Source: Antedon mediterranea (lineage: Eukaryota > Animalia > Echinodermata). From it: a stretch of 64,000 nt of DNA. Under the pieces are notes generated by a model. It had not been told where the DNA came from, ran no database searches, and saw nothing but the letters and a program-made list of their open reading frames with translations. This document shows, piece after piece, positions 12,946 to 27,152 of the stretch. Location of the stretch: the NCBI RefSeq assembly GCF_964355755.1, contig NC_092672.1, forward strand, positions 36,028,437-36,092,436, in the 5' to 3' direction. A program made the position numbers and the translations under genes. How positions within the stretch are numbered: the stretch's first letter is position 1; the number at the start of each line of letters is the position of its first letter.

Positions 12946-15794
12946 CATTCGGATCCGTAAATGATAGTCTTATTTATAATTATTTACTATACTAATTATC
13001 CTGGAAAACCTTACGTTTGAATAGATCTGCAAACATCTCCTTGATCTAGCCAACGCAAAGTCGCGATGGCCTGAGGAGCATTTGCATAAGATGATGCATT
13101 GGGGCTTTTAATACTAAAGACAACAATTTCAGGATATACACTGATGATAAATGGTAATTAAATAAGGTTTGTTGTAGAATATGGACTGATTCTACTCTGT
13201 ATCAATTTAGCTGTGTTAGCTGTGACAGTTAATGAATCTAATTACCACAGAATACGTTCGATTATTAACAACTCACGGTAAACGCACGCCCTCGAATGAT
13301 CGTGAGTAAACGCTGAATCTATCATAATTACCATCATCTTCGAAGGCTTAGATAACACTTGCATGTGAAGCTCTAGGGCAGTGATAATGTCCGCTATTAT
13401 TACAAAGTGGGTGTTTTGCATTTGCGCTTTTGAAATAATTTCTCGAAATGGATGGTGAATTACTATTTAAGATTTGACGTTTTGTGTGAATAGGAATCTC
13501 ATTGGAAAGGCTTATCGCACTTATGATTCACGTTATAGTGTAAGATAATATAGTCTAACTTGAAGTCGGCCCCGGGCGTTATTTCGTACGAATTATGTAT
13601 TTCTTGTCATGTATGGATTTCGAATTAAGACCCTTTCACATCTATTTTGATTTGATGTGTCGTGACGATGCGAAAGGAAGCCATACCTTCTCGTGTAGCC
13701 ATGAATCTAGGAGGTTTGTATCGGCTTAGCGTCGTCTCATATGCCAGCAATTCGCCTCCTATCCTGTCCCAAGCAATCGATTGACATATCAGCTAGCTTT
13801 TAGCTTGTTACTTCATCTTACATCTTCAACCAGGCTTTATTAATATTTTGTGATAAAAACGTAACACAATACCTGCCTAAAATCACCACTGTATGCATTA
13901 ATCAGTACTTTTGCATTCAAACGGAGACTAAATATGCAGTCAGCACACATTTAATGTCATTTTTACATTACTTTTGCAGATGTAGTGATGGGAGGTTTTC
14001 AAATAGTCGTTTTTAATTTAGTAAGAAACGAACTAACATAGTTATATTTTTTTTATGATGGATTAGACAAAGACGAGATGCAATATTCTCCGCGACTACA
14101 GATTCAATTTGTAACGAATAGTGTCTCTATTGTCCAAACCTTTGATTCCAGTTGATCCAAAACCCATTGAAACGCCAAATAAAAACGAAATTAATCCTAT
14201 AAATGCATATTCATGATGTTTTTATTACGTTGTTGTTACTATCAATTAAATAAGATTTGACAATGAAAGTTGGATCTCTTTGTTTTGCTTGACTGTATGA
14301 CGTCACCTATATTAATATTCGTTATCATTGTTATCTGCCCCTTCCTCCCCTTTGCGGCTATTAGAACAGATACTATTAAATAATAATTTGTGACGTGAAA
14401 AGGGCGCAAACAATTAGAACTCATACAATTTCAAATCGCGCGATTACAACAATGTAATAATAATAACACGAAATATAGACTAAACAAGTTTTACCTTTTA
14501 TACATTTTGTAGGCCTTAACGGTTTTTAAATTTTGAAAAAATATTTTTAACAGTTTTATACGGTTTTAGATATTGAACAATATTTTTAATATCGTTTATT
14601 ATTATATTTTTTTATTCATAAAACTTTACTTGTTGTAGGCCTATGTGCAATGTGATTGTTTTATTAAATAAATGAATAAATCTGAATCAGTAGCCTATTT
14701 AAAGAAAAAAACATTTTTAGCTATATTTTTAAAATTAAATATTTAATAAATAAAATAAAAACGTTGTGTGTTCTGCGATAATATGTATATAAAATATTTA
14801 TTTTAACAGATTTCTTTTGTAAGTATTCCTTTGTATACAAACTGTGCGCCCGAGCTTTACCTCACTGAGACAATTCGCACTGTTGCCAACGTATGGTTTA
14901 TAACAAAAGAGCCGGCTAAATTCAGGTGACAGGTGGGTATTTATCTGGTAATTGAAGCTAATTTTTACCGTTAATACACATTCACTTCACGCCAAGCCAA
15001 GCCGGGTTCTCCGGTAACTTATCGCTGTAGGTCTGTGTAAACCAAGGTGGACTGCTTAGGCCTAGAGTTGGGTGTTTGACCAGGGCGCGCGACCAGGGCA
15101 CCTGTTTCCTGTTAGTTGTCTTAACTTATTACATCAGTGTGCGTTGTTGATTTAACTATTTAGAGGTGTGAAAGAAGAAGCGGTAAATTTAGCAGAGATA
15201 GATATCATTGCACCTCAGTATTACTACATTACGGAATTGATATCAAGAAAATAAAATACCGACCTATAACACGGGAGGTCAAACGATATAATATTTTATA
15301 AGAGAGAATGAATGTCATTGACCCGTGGGCTGCAAAATGTATTTCACATGTAGGAGGACTATTTCTTAAACTCATGCTTAAATAACCGTTTGTGACACAA
15401 TGTGTACGCACGCGTAAAAATCGCCATTTATTATTTTTTACGCGCACATACATGATCATGTCACTGACGGAATGTGTATGATAATTTTAAATTGTTTGAT
15501 TGGCGTGTAGGCCTACTACTGCAAGAAAATTGTCATCTGCTACGTGTATTTAAAGTTTTTAAAGAGGATGAGGCCATAGACTTAGTATACATCATATTTA
15601 TAACATGATATACAAGCCATCCAAGCACGTGGCGCCCTGTGTCATACCGTGGTCGCCCCACGACAAATCATGTCGCCCCTCGTCGCGTCATGTATATGAA
15701 CATTAAAACATAATATGAAACTTGATTACTGTAGTAGTGTTGTCTCATAAAAACGAATGCACCAATTAATGATTATATTTGTATCCCCGGTCGT

Positions 15795-16045
15795 CTACAT
15801 TTACCGCGTGTGTTGTCCCCGTCCTCCGCGCGACAAACGTCAGACGCAGCGTGTCTAATTGCTATGTACAAAATAATAGGCCCACATTGTGTACCGTGTG
15901 TTTTCCGCAGCCTCCGCTCGACAAACGCCAGACGCATCGCGTCTAAATTGCTCTATATACAAATAGGCCTACATTGTACCGTGTGTTGTCCCCATAGTCT
16001 CCGCACGACAAACGCCAGACGCAACTCCTCTAAATCGCTTTGCAT
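15795..16045 (+). repeat. ~88-bp degenerate tandem repeat, 3 copies
   Basis: CTCCGCNCGACAAACG(C/T)CAGACGCA recurs at ~15823, ~15912 and ~15999. Confidence 0.8.
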
Positions 16046-18168
16046 AATGTTTGTTAGTGCGCAGATACAACAATATGTTCAATACAATCATTATCACTCA
16101 TGTTCATTATCATTATCTACATTAATGTTATCGTTAGTATCATCTCCAACAAGTTACGTCACCGTCGTCGAATACAAACAGTCAGGTCCTATACAAACTG
16201 TTGTGTGAGAGCTATCGTTGTGTAGCCTTTTGTGTTATGGGTTTATTTTATGATTATGTACATTAAGACAATCTTATTGAGGATCGATAGAGCCAATTCA
16301 ACGCCAAAAGCACATAATAATAAACATATTAGACGCGATTAAGGGAACATCAAGACTCGTCTGAGTACAACATTATCGGAACAGAAGACCACGAGGAGAA
16401 ATATCTTATAAGAATAACTAACTCCATTGAAAAATGACTTGTAATATCATGCTATGTACGTCTTAAATATCAGCAGACGATACAGAGTGTTGAAAAGAAT
16501 CGACTGTGCCGCCAAATCTAATATCGAAATCACACTTTCCCGATTCGTAAATTAGCTGTTTTTAAAAAGTGGTTTAGAATGACTGTTGATGATAAGCATA
16601 GATCAATGAGTTGTAGGCCTAGCCCTCTTCATTAAAAGCTAACTCACACTATGTATGATTAGTGCGTAGACGGGCCCATCAAGTTTAACGTGCCGCTGAA
16701 TATATTCTGACTCCACATTGTACACATTATCATTAGGCCTGCGAGCTGTTTGTCCCCGGTTCCAAAATTCGCTTGCTCGGCTTTCGAGTCATTTTCACGG
16801 GTAACGTGTTGAAGTTAGCACATTACTGCGCAACACATTTGCAGTCTATGGAGCGGAACAGAGTACTTCAATAATGCCGCCTTGTAACTTTCATTAAAAT
16901 CCATCTCAGTCGTTCCATCTCTTGGCGGGAAATGTGCTAAGCTAGCCAGTTTGCCAACCGACACCTTTCAGCTTTCTTGTCTGATATTACACTAAAATGT
17001 AGCCCTTGAGTATAATGTGTTTTTACACATTGTCGAAAGGCGTTAATGTTCTACGTCTTCGCAGATCTCTCTATTAATATGTGTGTTTCCAGTAAGATAG
17101 TTCCGAAGCACCACAACACTGCATTTTAGAATACAAATGAATAATATAGAAATAGCCGATCAGGACAATCTATAAATTATATAAATACATGGGGTTAGGT
17201 AATTTTAGAACGTGTCGTTCGGTATTTTGAATTTTGTTCATTCATTTAAATAGAGAAATAAGTTTAGGAAACGTGTTCATGATCCTTTTATAAGCAATTA
17301 TGTTTAAACATGAAGAAATAATTAAGTTAGGATTTATTTTGTTCATGGTGTAAATAAATAACGGTATACATACCATATATATTTAAATTCGTCAAAAATC
17401 GAGCTGAAGATATATTTTGTTTATTTAGATCCCCGTGTCTGAGATGATTATATCGTAACGATATTGATTGTATTTATTTTGTTCTTTCTCTATATTGTCG
17501 GGGCCTTTTTTTGTGCTAAATTAATATTCACATTTTCAGTGTACTTATCGTTTTTGGCCTTTACTCCTTTAGGTATCATCTGGCCTATCCTCTTCATCCA
17601 TTACCTGATCATTTCCCTTATATGAACTGTGGCCAATCTTTTATTTACTTATTCATAGCAAATCAATAAAAACATCGATCAATCGTGCTTTTTAGGAGAC
17701 TTTTATGATTCGCGTAGATGGATTTAGAAGGGATTTTTATCCGGTTGAAATGGCGTCTAAGTACAAGTAAAGCCCTCCGTCATGAACCACACGAGGAGCC
17801 ACGACCGAATGTATCAACTCCAGGCGTGAGTGTATGTGCTTATAACACATTAGTCAGTACTGTATATACATTCGGTACATGACGTTTGAGCATCATGTTG
17901 TGTGCGTTTTATTGTTATCGGAATGGCTCCGTTATAATATCGTTATTATCTTGTTAAAACACTGAAAAGATAGTCTTCTAAATTTGTATATTGATAAAAA
18001 CTCTAATGCGTCATATTAGATCACCTTTATTTACCTATTATCCGGTAGAACATAACAATATCTGGTACTTCGTATTTACATTACGTAGGCCTAAGTATGT
18101 ACAGTACAGCCGTCGTAGGTCGCCATCGTATATACGTCGTCACCAATAGTCGTCTGAACAAGACATTA

Positions 18169-18326
18169 AGCTCTGTCTACACTGTCAAACTAGTTTGACA
18201 AAAAAGTGTGATGTCCCCAAATAGGTAGTGATGTCTAAATATTGTAGTGATATGACATCATCATGTCCATTATATAGGCAGATCATAATTGTTTTTGTCA
18301 CAAAGTTTTATAGTGTAGACAGAGCT
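18169..18326 (+). mobile_element. MITE family A (PIF/Harbinger-like), full length, 158 bp
   Basis: TIRs AGCTCTGTCTACACT...AGTGTAGACAGAGCT; flanks TTA/TAA; internal CCAAATATGGTAGTGATATG-like repeat. Confidence 0.8.
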
Positions 18327-18920
18327 TAAGAGAAATATCATTTCTTTAATATATTTACGCCCGTGATTAGCATTTATGCCTTGTAGTATAGTAATAGGCC
18401 TATTAATTTAAACAAATTATTTTTTTAAAGCTGAAAATACTAGGTAATTATTTTTTTTTAAACATGAAACAGAATACATCTATTTCATGTTGACAACAAA
18501 ATAATTGTATAAACACATTAGAATTTTGGGCGTATCAAAGTACTCGTTCACTAACTAACAACAAGAAAGTTGAAAATGATAAAACTTCTTGTTTTCAAAG
18601 TTGATATTAATAACCAAGACGATTTATCAAAATGATTGTTTTCCTTCGATATTTCCATTTCTTATATTAATCACCAGTATTGCAATTTTCTCCATCAGTC
18701 GTGATGGACATTCAATATAGCGATGGATAATAATAAAAATGTAAGTATACGAGTTATGATATGTTGAACCTAATAGTTACTACATGGGCACGTCATTATG
18801 GGCTTTACAATTTACCGAACTCCAAAAATTAAAGTAGTACCGTAGTTTTACTGTAAGCTTGAGAGGTCGACGTATGCCCAAATGTCACGTCGATATACGT
18901 GCATAAGGTTTATTATCCCA

Positions 18921-19063
18921 AATAGCGTGCGCAACGAACGATGAGAAGGGTTTGGGAGCAAACGTATAACGACGCGTACGTATCGTGATTTGTTGTTTAT
19001 ACGTTCGCGTCGTGACGTTTGCTCCCAAACCATTCTCATCGTGCATTGTGCAATGACGTTATT
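18921..19063. mobile_element. ~140-bp foldback/MITE-like palindrome
   Basis: ACGATGAGAAGGGTTTGGGAGCAAACGT..ACGACGCGTACGTAT pairs with ATACGTTCGCGTCGT.ACGTTTGCTCCCAAACCATTCTCATCGT. Confidence 0.65.
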
Positions 19064-19202
19064 AGCGAAATCAAGCTATTTCCGATAAACATCATGATAC
19101 GTAGGCTACTATTTTTGTATAATATATCAGGCATTATCATTATACTTTAAACCATATTCCTCCTGTCTCTCTTGAACTTCTATTCTGTGTGCAAAGTTTT
19201 AA

Positions 19203-19310
19203 AGTTTTATTCCTACTTGGACGCAACGACCAATCACTTCCAACAGTTTGGATAGCCCATCACTTGTGATTGGTCAAATTACTTGGGTGCGCTTACGTCC
19301 ATGCGTTGAG
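19203..19310. mobile_element. Degenerate MITE family B fragment
   Basis: CTTGGACGCAACGACCAATCAC...CTTGTGATTGGTCAAATTACTTGGGTGCGCTTACGTCC. Confidence 0.6.
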
Positions 19311-19734
19311 CTACGTTCATTCCACGCGTTGAGCTACGTTCATACCGTACTTGTTCTGTTTTACGGAAGACGGCGTCGTTCAATTCTTATTATGATTTTC
19401 CATTAAAGTTTTTTAATTAAAGTGTGAATGTATACATTTACGTTTTCAACTGCGAATAAAGCTCAACGCGCGCGTATGAAGTGAGATGAACGATTAACAC
19501 GGGTCACGCGAGTATTGACTGTAACTGTTCTTTATTATTTTACGTGTAAAATTGTTTACGTAAACCTGAAAAAATTTTAAACATAAATCATCAGTGTTGG
19601 TCGAAAAAAGAGCTATCGTTACATCCATAACATTTTCTGAATACTGATGGTTTCAATTACATTATCTATCACAAACACAGTCTTTAAAGCGAGACAAACA
19701 CAGTAATAGTATTTCTATAATTTGTTTTATGCCA

Positions 19735-20006
19735 ACAACCAAAAGAAAAAAACAATGTTGTATAACATTAGCTGTATCTCTTAAATGCAACATCCAAAAG
19801 AAAAAAACAATGTTGTATAACATTAGCTGTATCTCTTAAATGCAACATCCAAAAGAAAAAAACAATGTTGTATAACATTAGCTGTATCTCTTAAATGCAA
19901 CATCCAAAAGAAAAAACAATGTTGTATAACATTAGCTGTATCTCTTAAATGCAACATCCAAAAGAAAAAAACAATGTTGTATAACATTAGCTGTATCTCT
20001 TAAATG
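19735..20006 (+). repeat. 55-bp tandem repeat, ~5 near-identical copies
   Basis: CAAAAGAAAAAAACAATGTTGTATAACATTAGCTGTATCTCTTAAATGCAACATC at 19740, 19795, 19850, 19905, 19959. Confidence 0.92.
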
Positions 20007-20089
20007 AAATGCACTAACACAAAAATCATCAAGCATTATTGTCTTAATTAAGCAAAATTGTTTGAATTTGACTCTACAACCGTTATCAT

Positions 20090-20274
20090 TATTTATTGTA
20101 GGCAGAAGAACGAATGTTCCTGTATTGTATTTCTTGTGTAAATTGCATCCTTTTTTATATATAATTATCATTGGTTTTATACTTTTATACAAATTTTAAT
20201 ATTGAGAAAATGTAAATATCTTTGTAATTCAGCTAAGGCTGCGATGATGATAGTGAAATAAATGAAATGAAATG
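20090..20274 (+). mobile_element. Probable 3' tail of a non-LTR retrotransposon (LINE/SINE)
   Basis: T-rich stretch, small stem-loop CAGC-TAAG-GCTG (20230-20241), AATAAA, then a (TGAAA)n tail. No ORF remnant recognised. Confidence 0.35.
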
Positions 20275-22236
20275 TTATATAATATTATAAATATATTTCA
20301 TCGTTACTTATATAAATGCAGAATATCGTGATACAAATGTGTAAATGTTTATTATTAATATTATCACATTAAAATGACATTTTTGGTTGACCTTTTATCA
20401 GAATCGTCTATGTAGATCATATGGCATTCTGTTATGAACAAAATACATAAATCACAAAAAAAAATTGTTGCAAATGAACTCGTTATTGATACGGTGTATG
20501 TTGTCACAGTTATTTCGAGAATGGTGAGGTGATTTCACACGGACCAATTCCGTGCGCATTTCGTTTCCTTACATGGAAATATCCACGCCTTTCTGACAAC
20601 CGTCGTAAATAAAGATTGCGCGTAGGGACGCGTACGTGCCGTACGAGTTCGACGTTTATAGTAATTGGACCAAAGTATATGGTGGGATCGGATTTCTCGA
20701 GCTGTTAATAATGATGGGTATTTCTGATGTAACTTGTCGTTAAGAACTTAAGTTATGTAAATGCATGGTATGAGAGGCTAGTCGTTATAAATTCATCGGA
20801 GAGGCTTTGTTGTTACTTGCACCAAAATATGAAAATTCGTTCATGATGAAAAATGAATAATATGAACGCTTGTATAGTGTAGGTTTAGGCTTGTGAGTAC
20901 GGGAGTAGTAATATCCATATGTTTTTGAAACATAATGTTCTTGAAAATATGTTACCGGCTTTGTTTGTAGTTGAAGATCTAAAAGAGTCATCCTTTTTAT
21001 TTTACTTGTTTATTTTGTAGCGAAATCTTTTAAAACGAGTAGGGGTTTACCCAGGTTTACTAGTCCACACAGCCTGATCATAACTGGGAGACCAGTCTTT
21101 GACTCAAGAGGTTATCAATAAATACATTTCAAAAAATGGACGACTCTATTATTAGCCTACCGTCCGCTTGATTTAGTATTGATTATAAACCTATAGTCAT
21201 ACTGGTAGGCAGCCTATAACTTACGTGTATAGTGTATAGGGCCATGGTTAGGCCTATGTTACTTATAATTGATTGAGGTATAACAAAATGGTGATTCGAT
21301 TTCCCTTTAATTTTTAATAAAATTAAGATCACATCAACGTTAATAATACGTCTTCGTAGAGATCGTTTACTAAATAAAACATGTATATTATGGTGTATAG
21401 ATAGGCCTATAATAAGGATATAGGCATATGTCTTAATTTTCTTAATAAAGAATGATGTGATTCTTGGTAAGCAAAAAAGTATACGGACAATTCAGCATTT
21501 ACTTGTTTCAAGGAATATTTTGCTTGACGTAGGCCTAAGTTTTTCTTAATCGGAATTTTGCTGTGTTTGCTAGTTTCTATCTTGGCCCTACATCGCGTGC
21601 GATTAACACGTGAGAAAACCTGTCCAATCACGCTTTACAATATAACGCATTGTTGAACATGCTACCGGGTAATTTATTTACATAAAAAAATATTTAGATA
21701 AATAATAAGGGAAGCAATTGGTAGATCTACGGAGCGACATTCTGTCTGTCTGTTAACTTATACAAATCCTGAAATAGCCAAGCGAACGCTTTATTTCATC
21801 GCAGAAACACAAGTGAGTGTATACAAATTAATTTAGATCTGTTTGAGATAATAAGAAAATACCGTGAAAATAATTAGCTCGAATCTGAGTCATAGCTGAC
21901 AAATGTTTAACATCATTAAATTTTATTGCACATTTTTAAGCAGAGAACATCGATGTTAGCTTGTTAATTTGAAGAATGATGTTTGAGGTAGTCATGTGAC
22001 ATGTTAATTGACTCGCGGGAGTTTTACACCCCCACTAAATAACAAACTTATCTCGCGCGTAGTTATCGCGCCTCGATATTGTGATCATGATCACAAATTA
22101 AATAGTGATTCATCATCATTATCATTGTCATCATGATCATCCGTATCATACGGTAGATTTCGTTCTTGTTAACCACGACCATCCCTGTAACCGTACGATA
22201 ACCGTTATCACATCTCTTAAATTAATTAAACCAACA

Positions 22237-22330
22237 TTTATTTCATCAAATGCCATACAATTAATACAAAGCATAACATGAGGACCAACCTAAAAGTAAA
22301 CTTGTCTCAGTTGGCCCTTTAACATGGTTA
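22237..22330 (-). mobile_element. Probable LINE 3' tail; related copy at 54300-54348 (+)
   Basis: The minus strand reads GTTGGTCCT...AATTGTATGGCATTTGATGAAATAAA; 54305-54347 reads GTTGGTCCT...AATTGTATGGATTTGAGGAAATAAA. Confidence 0.35.
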
Positions 22331-22417
22331 CAAAAAATAACAAGTAAGAATATGAAGCATCAGTAATAATATATAATAATTATTATAATAAAAATGAGAT
22401 AGGATTATGTTGCTGAA

Positions 22418-25400
22418 TAGACCAGTCGTATTTGAGGTATAGGTGTCACTTTTTGCAGAATTTACTTCATCTATTTTTTCTAGGGTAATTTTGGCTGTAG
22501 AATACGAATATGAATGTTGATCGCGACGGGGAGGGGGCGTTTTCGAGATATGAAGGGTCAAAGGTCAAATTAGGTCAAATAAGTCATTTTATGAAGAGGA
22601 AAACGTTTAAATACCGTTTAGATATGTTAAATGCAACAGAATTTTGTTGTTTAGTTGATATAGTCCAAATAAACATCATATCCAAAGTTTACCGAAATCG
22701 GACATCGGGAAGTGGGTTAATTAACATAAATTCAAAATGGCCGCCATTTACCATTTGAAGTTCCAGTATCTCCTCAACGGTTGGTTTTAGACCATCTAAG
22801 TGCATTACGAGTAGATATAAATGTGACATTAAACTTCCAAATTAGCACATTTAAATTACCATATGACATAACTATGACGTCATATGGTAGTTGTGACGTC
22901 ATATATTATGTTCTTATAACTGCTTAAATGACATTATCCTATCCTAAAATAAATGTAGAAACCGCAGGAAATTTTCTAACATTTTCCTGTTGAAATGAAC
23001 ATGATATCCAAAGTCACACATCAAAAAGAAGGTTAATTAGCATAAATTCAGAATAGCCGCTATATAAATGTGGTATTAAACTTTCAAATTAGTATTTAAA
23101 TTACCATATAATGTACATATGACGTCATAAGATAGTTATATAAGTATGTCAAAATAATGCACAATTAGCATATTCTAAGGAAAAAATATGTTTTAAATCT
23201 CCATGAAAATAGTAAAACATCCAGGCTAAGGTCATCAACTGTGTATCAAAAGTTTACTATTTCCTCCACCCTTCACCTTCCGATTCCCCAACGGGGGAGG
23301 GGGTCCGAATTCCCGACCGGGGTGGGGGGGGGGCGTACGCGTGAAACATTCATTGGTTGAGGCCAACAAAGGGTACCCCCACCCAAACCCCCTTAATTGA
23401 CAGCGAACATATACGCGGTACACCAATGGTTATTCGTAAATTCGTATCACATACTGTTTACTTCGCTGTCAATCAGCATGCATAAAGTGTATAGCCCTCA
23501 GTAAAAATGGAATGCCGCAGTTTACTTAAAATATATAGTAGTACACTTAATATGGTTTTTTTTTTACCAGAAGAGAAATGATCATATTTTTCTTGCCGAC
23601 AAATATGGTCAATACTATAGCCAGCGATCTAACTACTAAACAATAGGTACGCACTTGTCTGGCGGTGTCCCTTTGTACGAATCTTTCAACGTTGGGTCCA
23701 GACGCATGATATCATATTCCATCCAGGGACCAAAATGTGTAGAAAAACTGTAGTTACTTTCCAGACGAAAAGTTTACAGACCGTTACGTCGTGTACTGTG
23801 TATCGACGTACGCTATAGCAAAAACGAATTATGTTAATCTGATAACTTTGAAAACCGAGATTCTTAAGTCTGTAAAGTTTAATTCTACCCTTACTTAAAC
23901 GCCATCCTAAATCTGGAGGATCACATTTTGCCATCCAAGGTACACATAGAAAATGTAATAGTTGGCATCGTCAAAATACTTATACAGTATTATGGTTTCT
24001 TTGTCAGGAATCAAACCAGTACCATATACGCAAATTCCACATTTATCAGTTGGTCTTTGACATTTTAAACCATAATTATTACATGATGCTGGCTGTTTAT
24101 TTTGTAGAATACATTTGGTATGATATAGCCATGTTTATTGGAATATGTTGGTTCAGGGACAGAGAAACATTGTTTATGTGATTTTCTCTATAGTTCCAGC
24201 TAGTTATCGTTTTAAACGTGATCTCAGTCAGAGAAGAAATATGTTCATGCTAGATGCAGCTTTCGTAATGAATAATACATTCAATATAGTTGTAGTATTT
24301 TCACTATGTTTCCGCCTAAACAGTTGTTATGTCACCTATAAGAAATCATTGATAGAACTTCACGGCGTAAAAGCAAAACGGTTAGTATAACAATGCCGTC
24401 CCGTACATTTTTATGTACAGTATATATTTTGAGTGTATTCTTAGTTCATACTTGTAATGCGGGTGATGCAAAGTGTTATCACAAAGAGTACCAGAAGAGA
24501 AAATCATATCAGTTTACGCCCCCCCCCCCCCACACCCATTGTGGGGCCTGAGGCAAAGCGAATTTTGTTAAATGACACCCCTAGATGGCCGGAAATGGTA
24601 CTCGCGCACATAAGATTTATGATAAATGGCACCTCTTTACAATACTTATAGCTTTATATATCTATATTCATTTGTTGATGAATTAATTGACCTATATCAA
24701 TGTAAATAGGTGGTATTGATAAAGCCATAAAATAAGTTGATACAGTTGAGTACGTATTGGTTGGTGGCCTATAAAAAATTAATCGGATGCTGTAATGTAA
24801 ATAGATATTATAGTATAGTGTAACATATTAACATTCACTATAATCCTACTATGATGATGATACACTATACTTCATAGCCATACATAGTAACAGCAGCGTT
24901 CCATTTTTTTTATGTACGTCGGAAGGCAATATACTTTTTATGCATGCTGACTGCCAGTGATCTAACAAAAGGTACGCGGTAGTCTGGCGGTGCGGTGTCC
25001 TTTGTACGAATCCTTCGTGCCCCACAGCCAGCTCACTGTATGAGTACGATACACGAGTCAATATCATGTTACACCAAGGGACCAAAAATTTGTATTTATT
25101 TTTCAGGTGAAAAAATTCATTTGCAACTTTTTTAGAAATTTACAGACACGTATCGCTTGACGTACACTCACACCTACATACAATAGTACACATGTATTAT
25201 ATTAAAATAAAGTATGCATTGCTAGCGCTGAATGCAAAATAAGCCAGAGAAAGATGTTTCATGCATACGGTCATAATACGCTAGGCTAGTAAAAGCCTAG
25301 CCACTATTCACTTGAGCAGACTTTATATGCTGTCATCGCGGTGTAAACTTCCTTTGTTTACATACGTCGTACGCTGGAAGCATTCATTTTCGGGCCTAGA

Positions 25401-25799
25401 CAATATCATTTTTGATCGCTGAAAATGCGAAAATGAAAAGTTCTAACTAACTTTATACTACACAGTGTATTACTAAAACAATTTCAGCATATAAAACCGA
25501 TCCGATTTATAAATGATTTTCACATTTACGTGAATAAAATTAACAGCAACGAAGTCTATTTAATTCAACTTTACTCGTAATTATGTGCAAAGTGCGCCCT
25601 CTATTGTCTAAATTTGTATTATTTTGATTAATTTCGGCTTTCAAAAATCAAGATTTTAAACGTTTATATCTTGAAAAAGCCCCCACGTCAGTCCGATCAA
25701 CAACCAGATTCGTAATCTACGTCAAAAAGTGCATTAGAAAAAGTTGGTTTAGAAAATTCTGCAGAAAAGTGACACCTGCCTCCAGATCCGACTGGTCTA
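22418..25799. mobile_element. Academ-like non-autonomous DNA transposon, 3382 bp
   Basis: Termini TAGACCAGTCG...CGACTGGTCTA, with imperfect TIR similarity over ~140 bp (22418-22560 vs 25655-25799). Identical 3-bp flanks GAA at 22415-22417 and 25800-25802. No intact transposase ORF. Confidence 0.7.
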
Positions 25800-27152
25800 G
25801 AATTGGAAGGGGGAATGAGCAACTTAAAAATAACAATTGCAAATTATATAAGCCTCTGAAATTGGGATGAGTTGGGGGAACCGGTTTAACAGCCCAACCC
25901 CAACCCAATACCCTGATTTGATCCGTGCACTAATGTCATTGTGATGTTTTATGATCATGCGCATCTAAAATGATATTCTAAAGAACATAAGCATGTCGTA
26001 GAATATATCGTAGATATTATAATATTAAATAAAAGGTTATCGCCGTGTTCATTTAGACAAGAGTTCGGAATATGATATGTAAGCGTGGAATGGATATGTA
26101 ATGTATGTTTCAATTTAACAGAATGGAATACATGATCAGTAATGATGAAAAGCTATGCAAATTAATAAATAATTATAGTAGTAGACTTAATGATATAAAA
26201 CTATATCATAATCGGCAACATAATGTAGTAATGATAAATATACATATTGAACATTTTGAAGGAACATTAATTATTGTATTAATATAAATAGTATTGTTTA
26301 TTATCATCATAATAATTTTGTGTGTTTTCGTTTGTTTTTTCTTTTTACTTAAATCTGTCTAAAACCTGGTTTTCACTTAAGCACTTATTAACTTATTAAG
26401 CAAATGCCAACCCAATCATTACCGGTATTTCGGTATTTATCACACGGTTTAAAAGTCCTTGTTGTCCAAAGTTTCTTATGAGACAGTACATTATTTTAGA
26501 AACAATCCACCAAGATGTGATTATTATGACAATTCGAAATGTAGGCCTAGTTATCGATTCTTAAATTGATCGATAATAAATATGAAATGGTAATGAACTT
26601 AGGCCTATATAATTATAATTATGAGACAACAATTGAATCTCTGCGTTTAATTAATTTAGACACCAGTACGACCCAGTCGAAGTATAGGCATATAACTTAT
26701 ATATAGGCCTATAAACACATTAAATTTATTTATTTTTGAAATACTTAATTTAAAAGAAATTTTGAAAGTTAGCATTACGCATTACAATAACCTGTTTATA
26801 GGAAATCGAATAACAATTTGCAATCCTTGAATGACAATGAAACAATGCAAAGAAACATGATACAAACAAACACGAATGAACTTGAAGTGTATGTTTCAAC
26901 TAATGAGATCATGTGAATAGCTGTTTAAAAATTAAACACTTGCTGCTACTGAAAAAAATCGATTCAATGATTCAGGCCATAGAACTCGCCAGACAATCGC
27001 ACACACGTTTCGTCTTTCAAAAAAAGTAGGTCTGTTGGTTGATTAACGCCATTCCAATAATTAATCGAATTAACCATTAGGGAAGTGTTTCATTAAAAGT
27101 TATGTGACTTGATATTGTGCTATCCCACCTCCTCACTCATGTGTAATGGTAA

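Noticed and set aside
19735-20006. CRISPR-like regular repeats
   Set aside because: Head-to-tail units with no unique spacers, no cas genes, and a eukaryotic context.
24975-25030. Minus-strand 'DSYKGH' resembling a pogo/Tigger DDE motif
   Set aside because: Only six residues with no supporting context, and the sister copy at ~23670 does not keep it.
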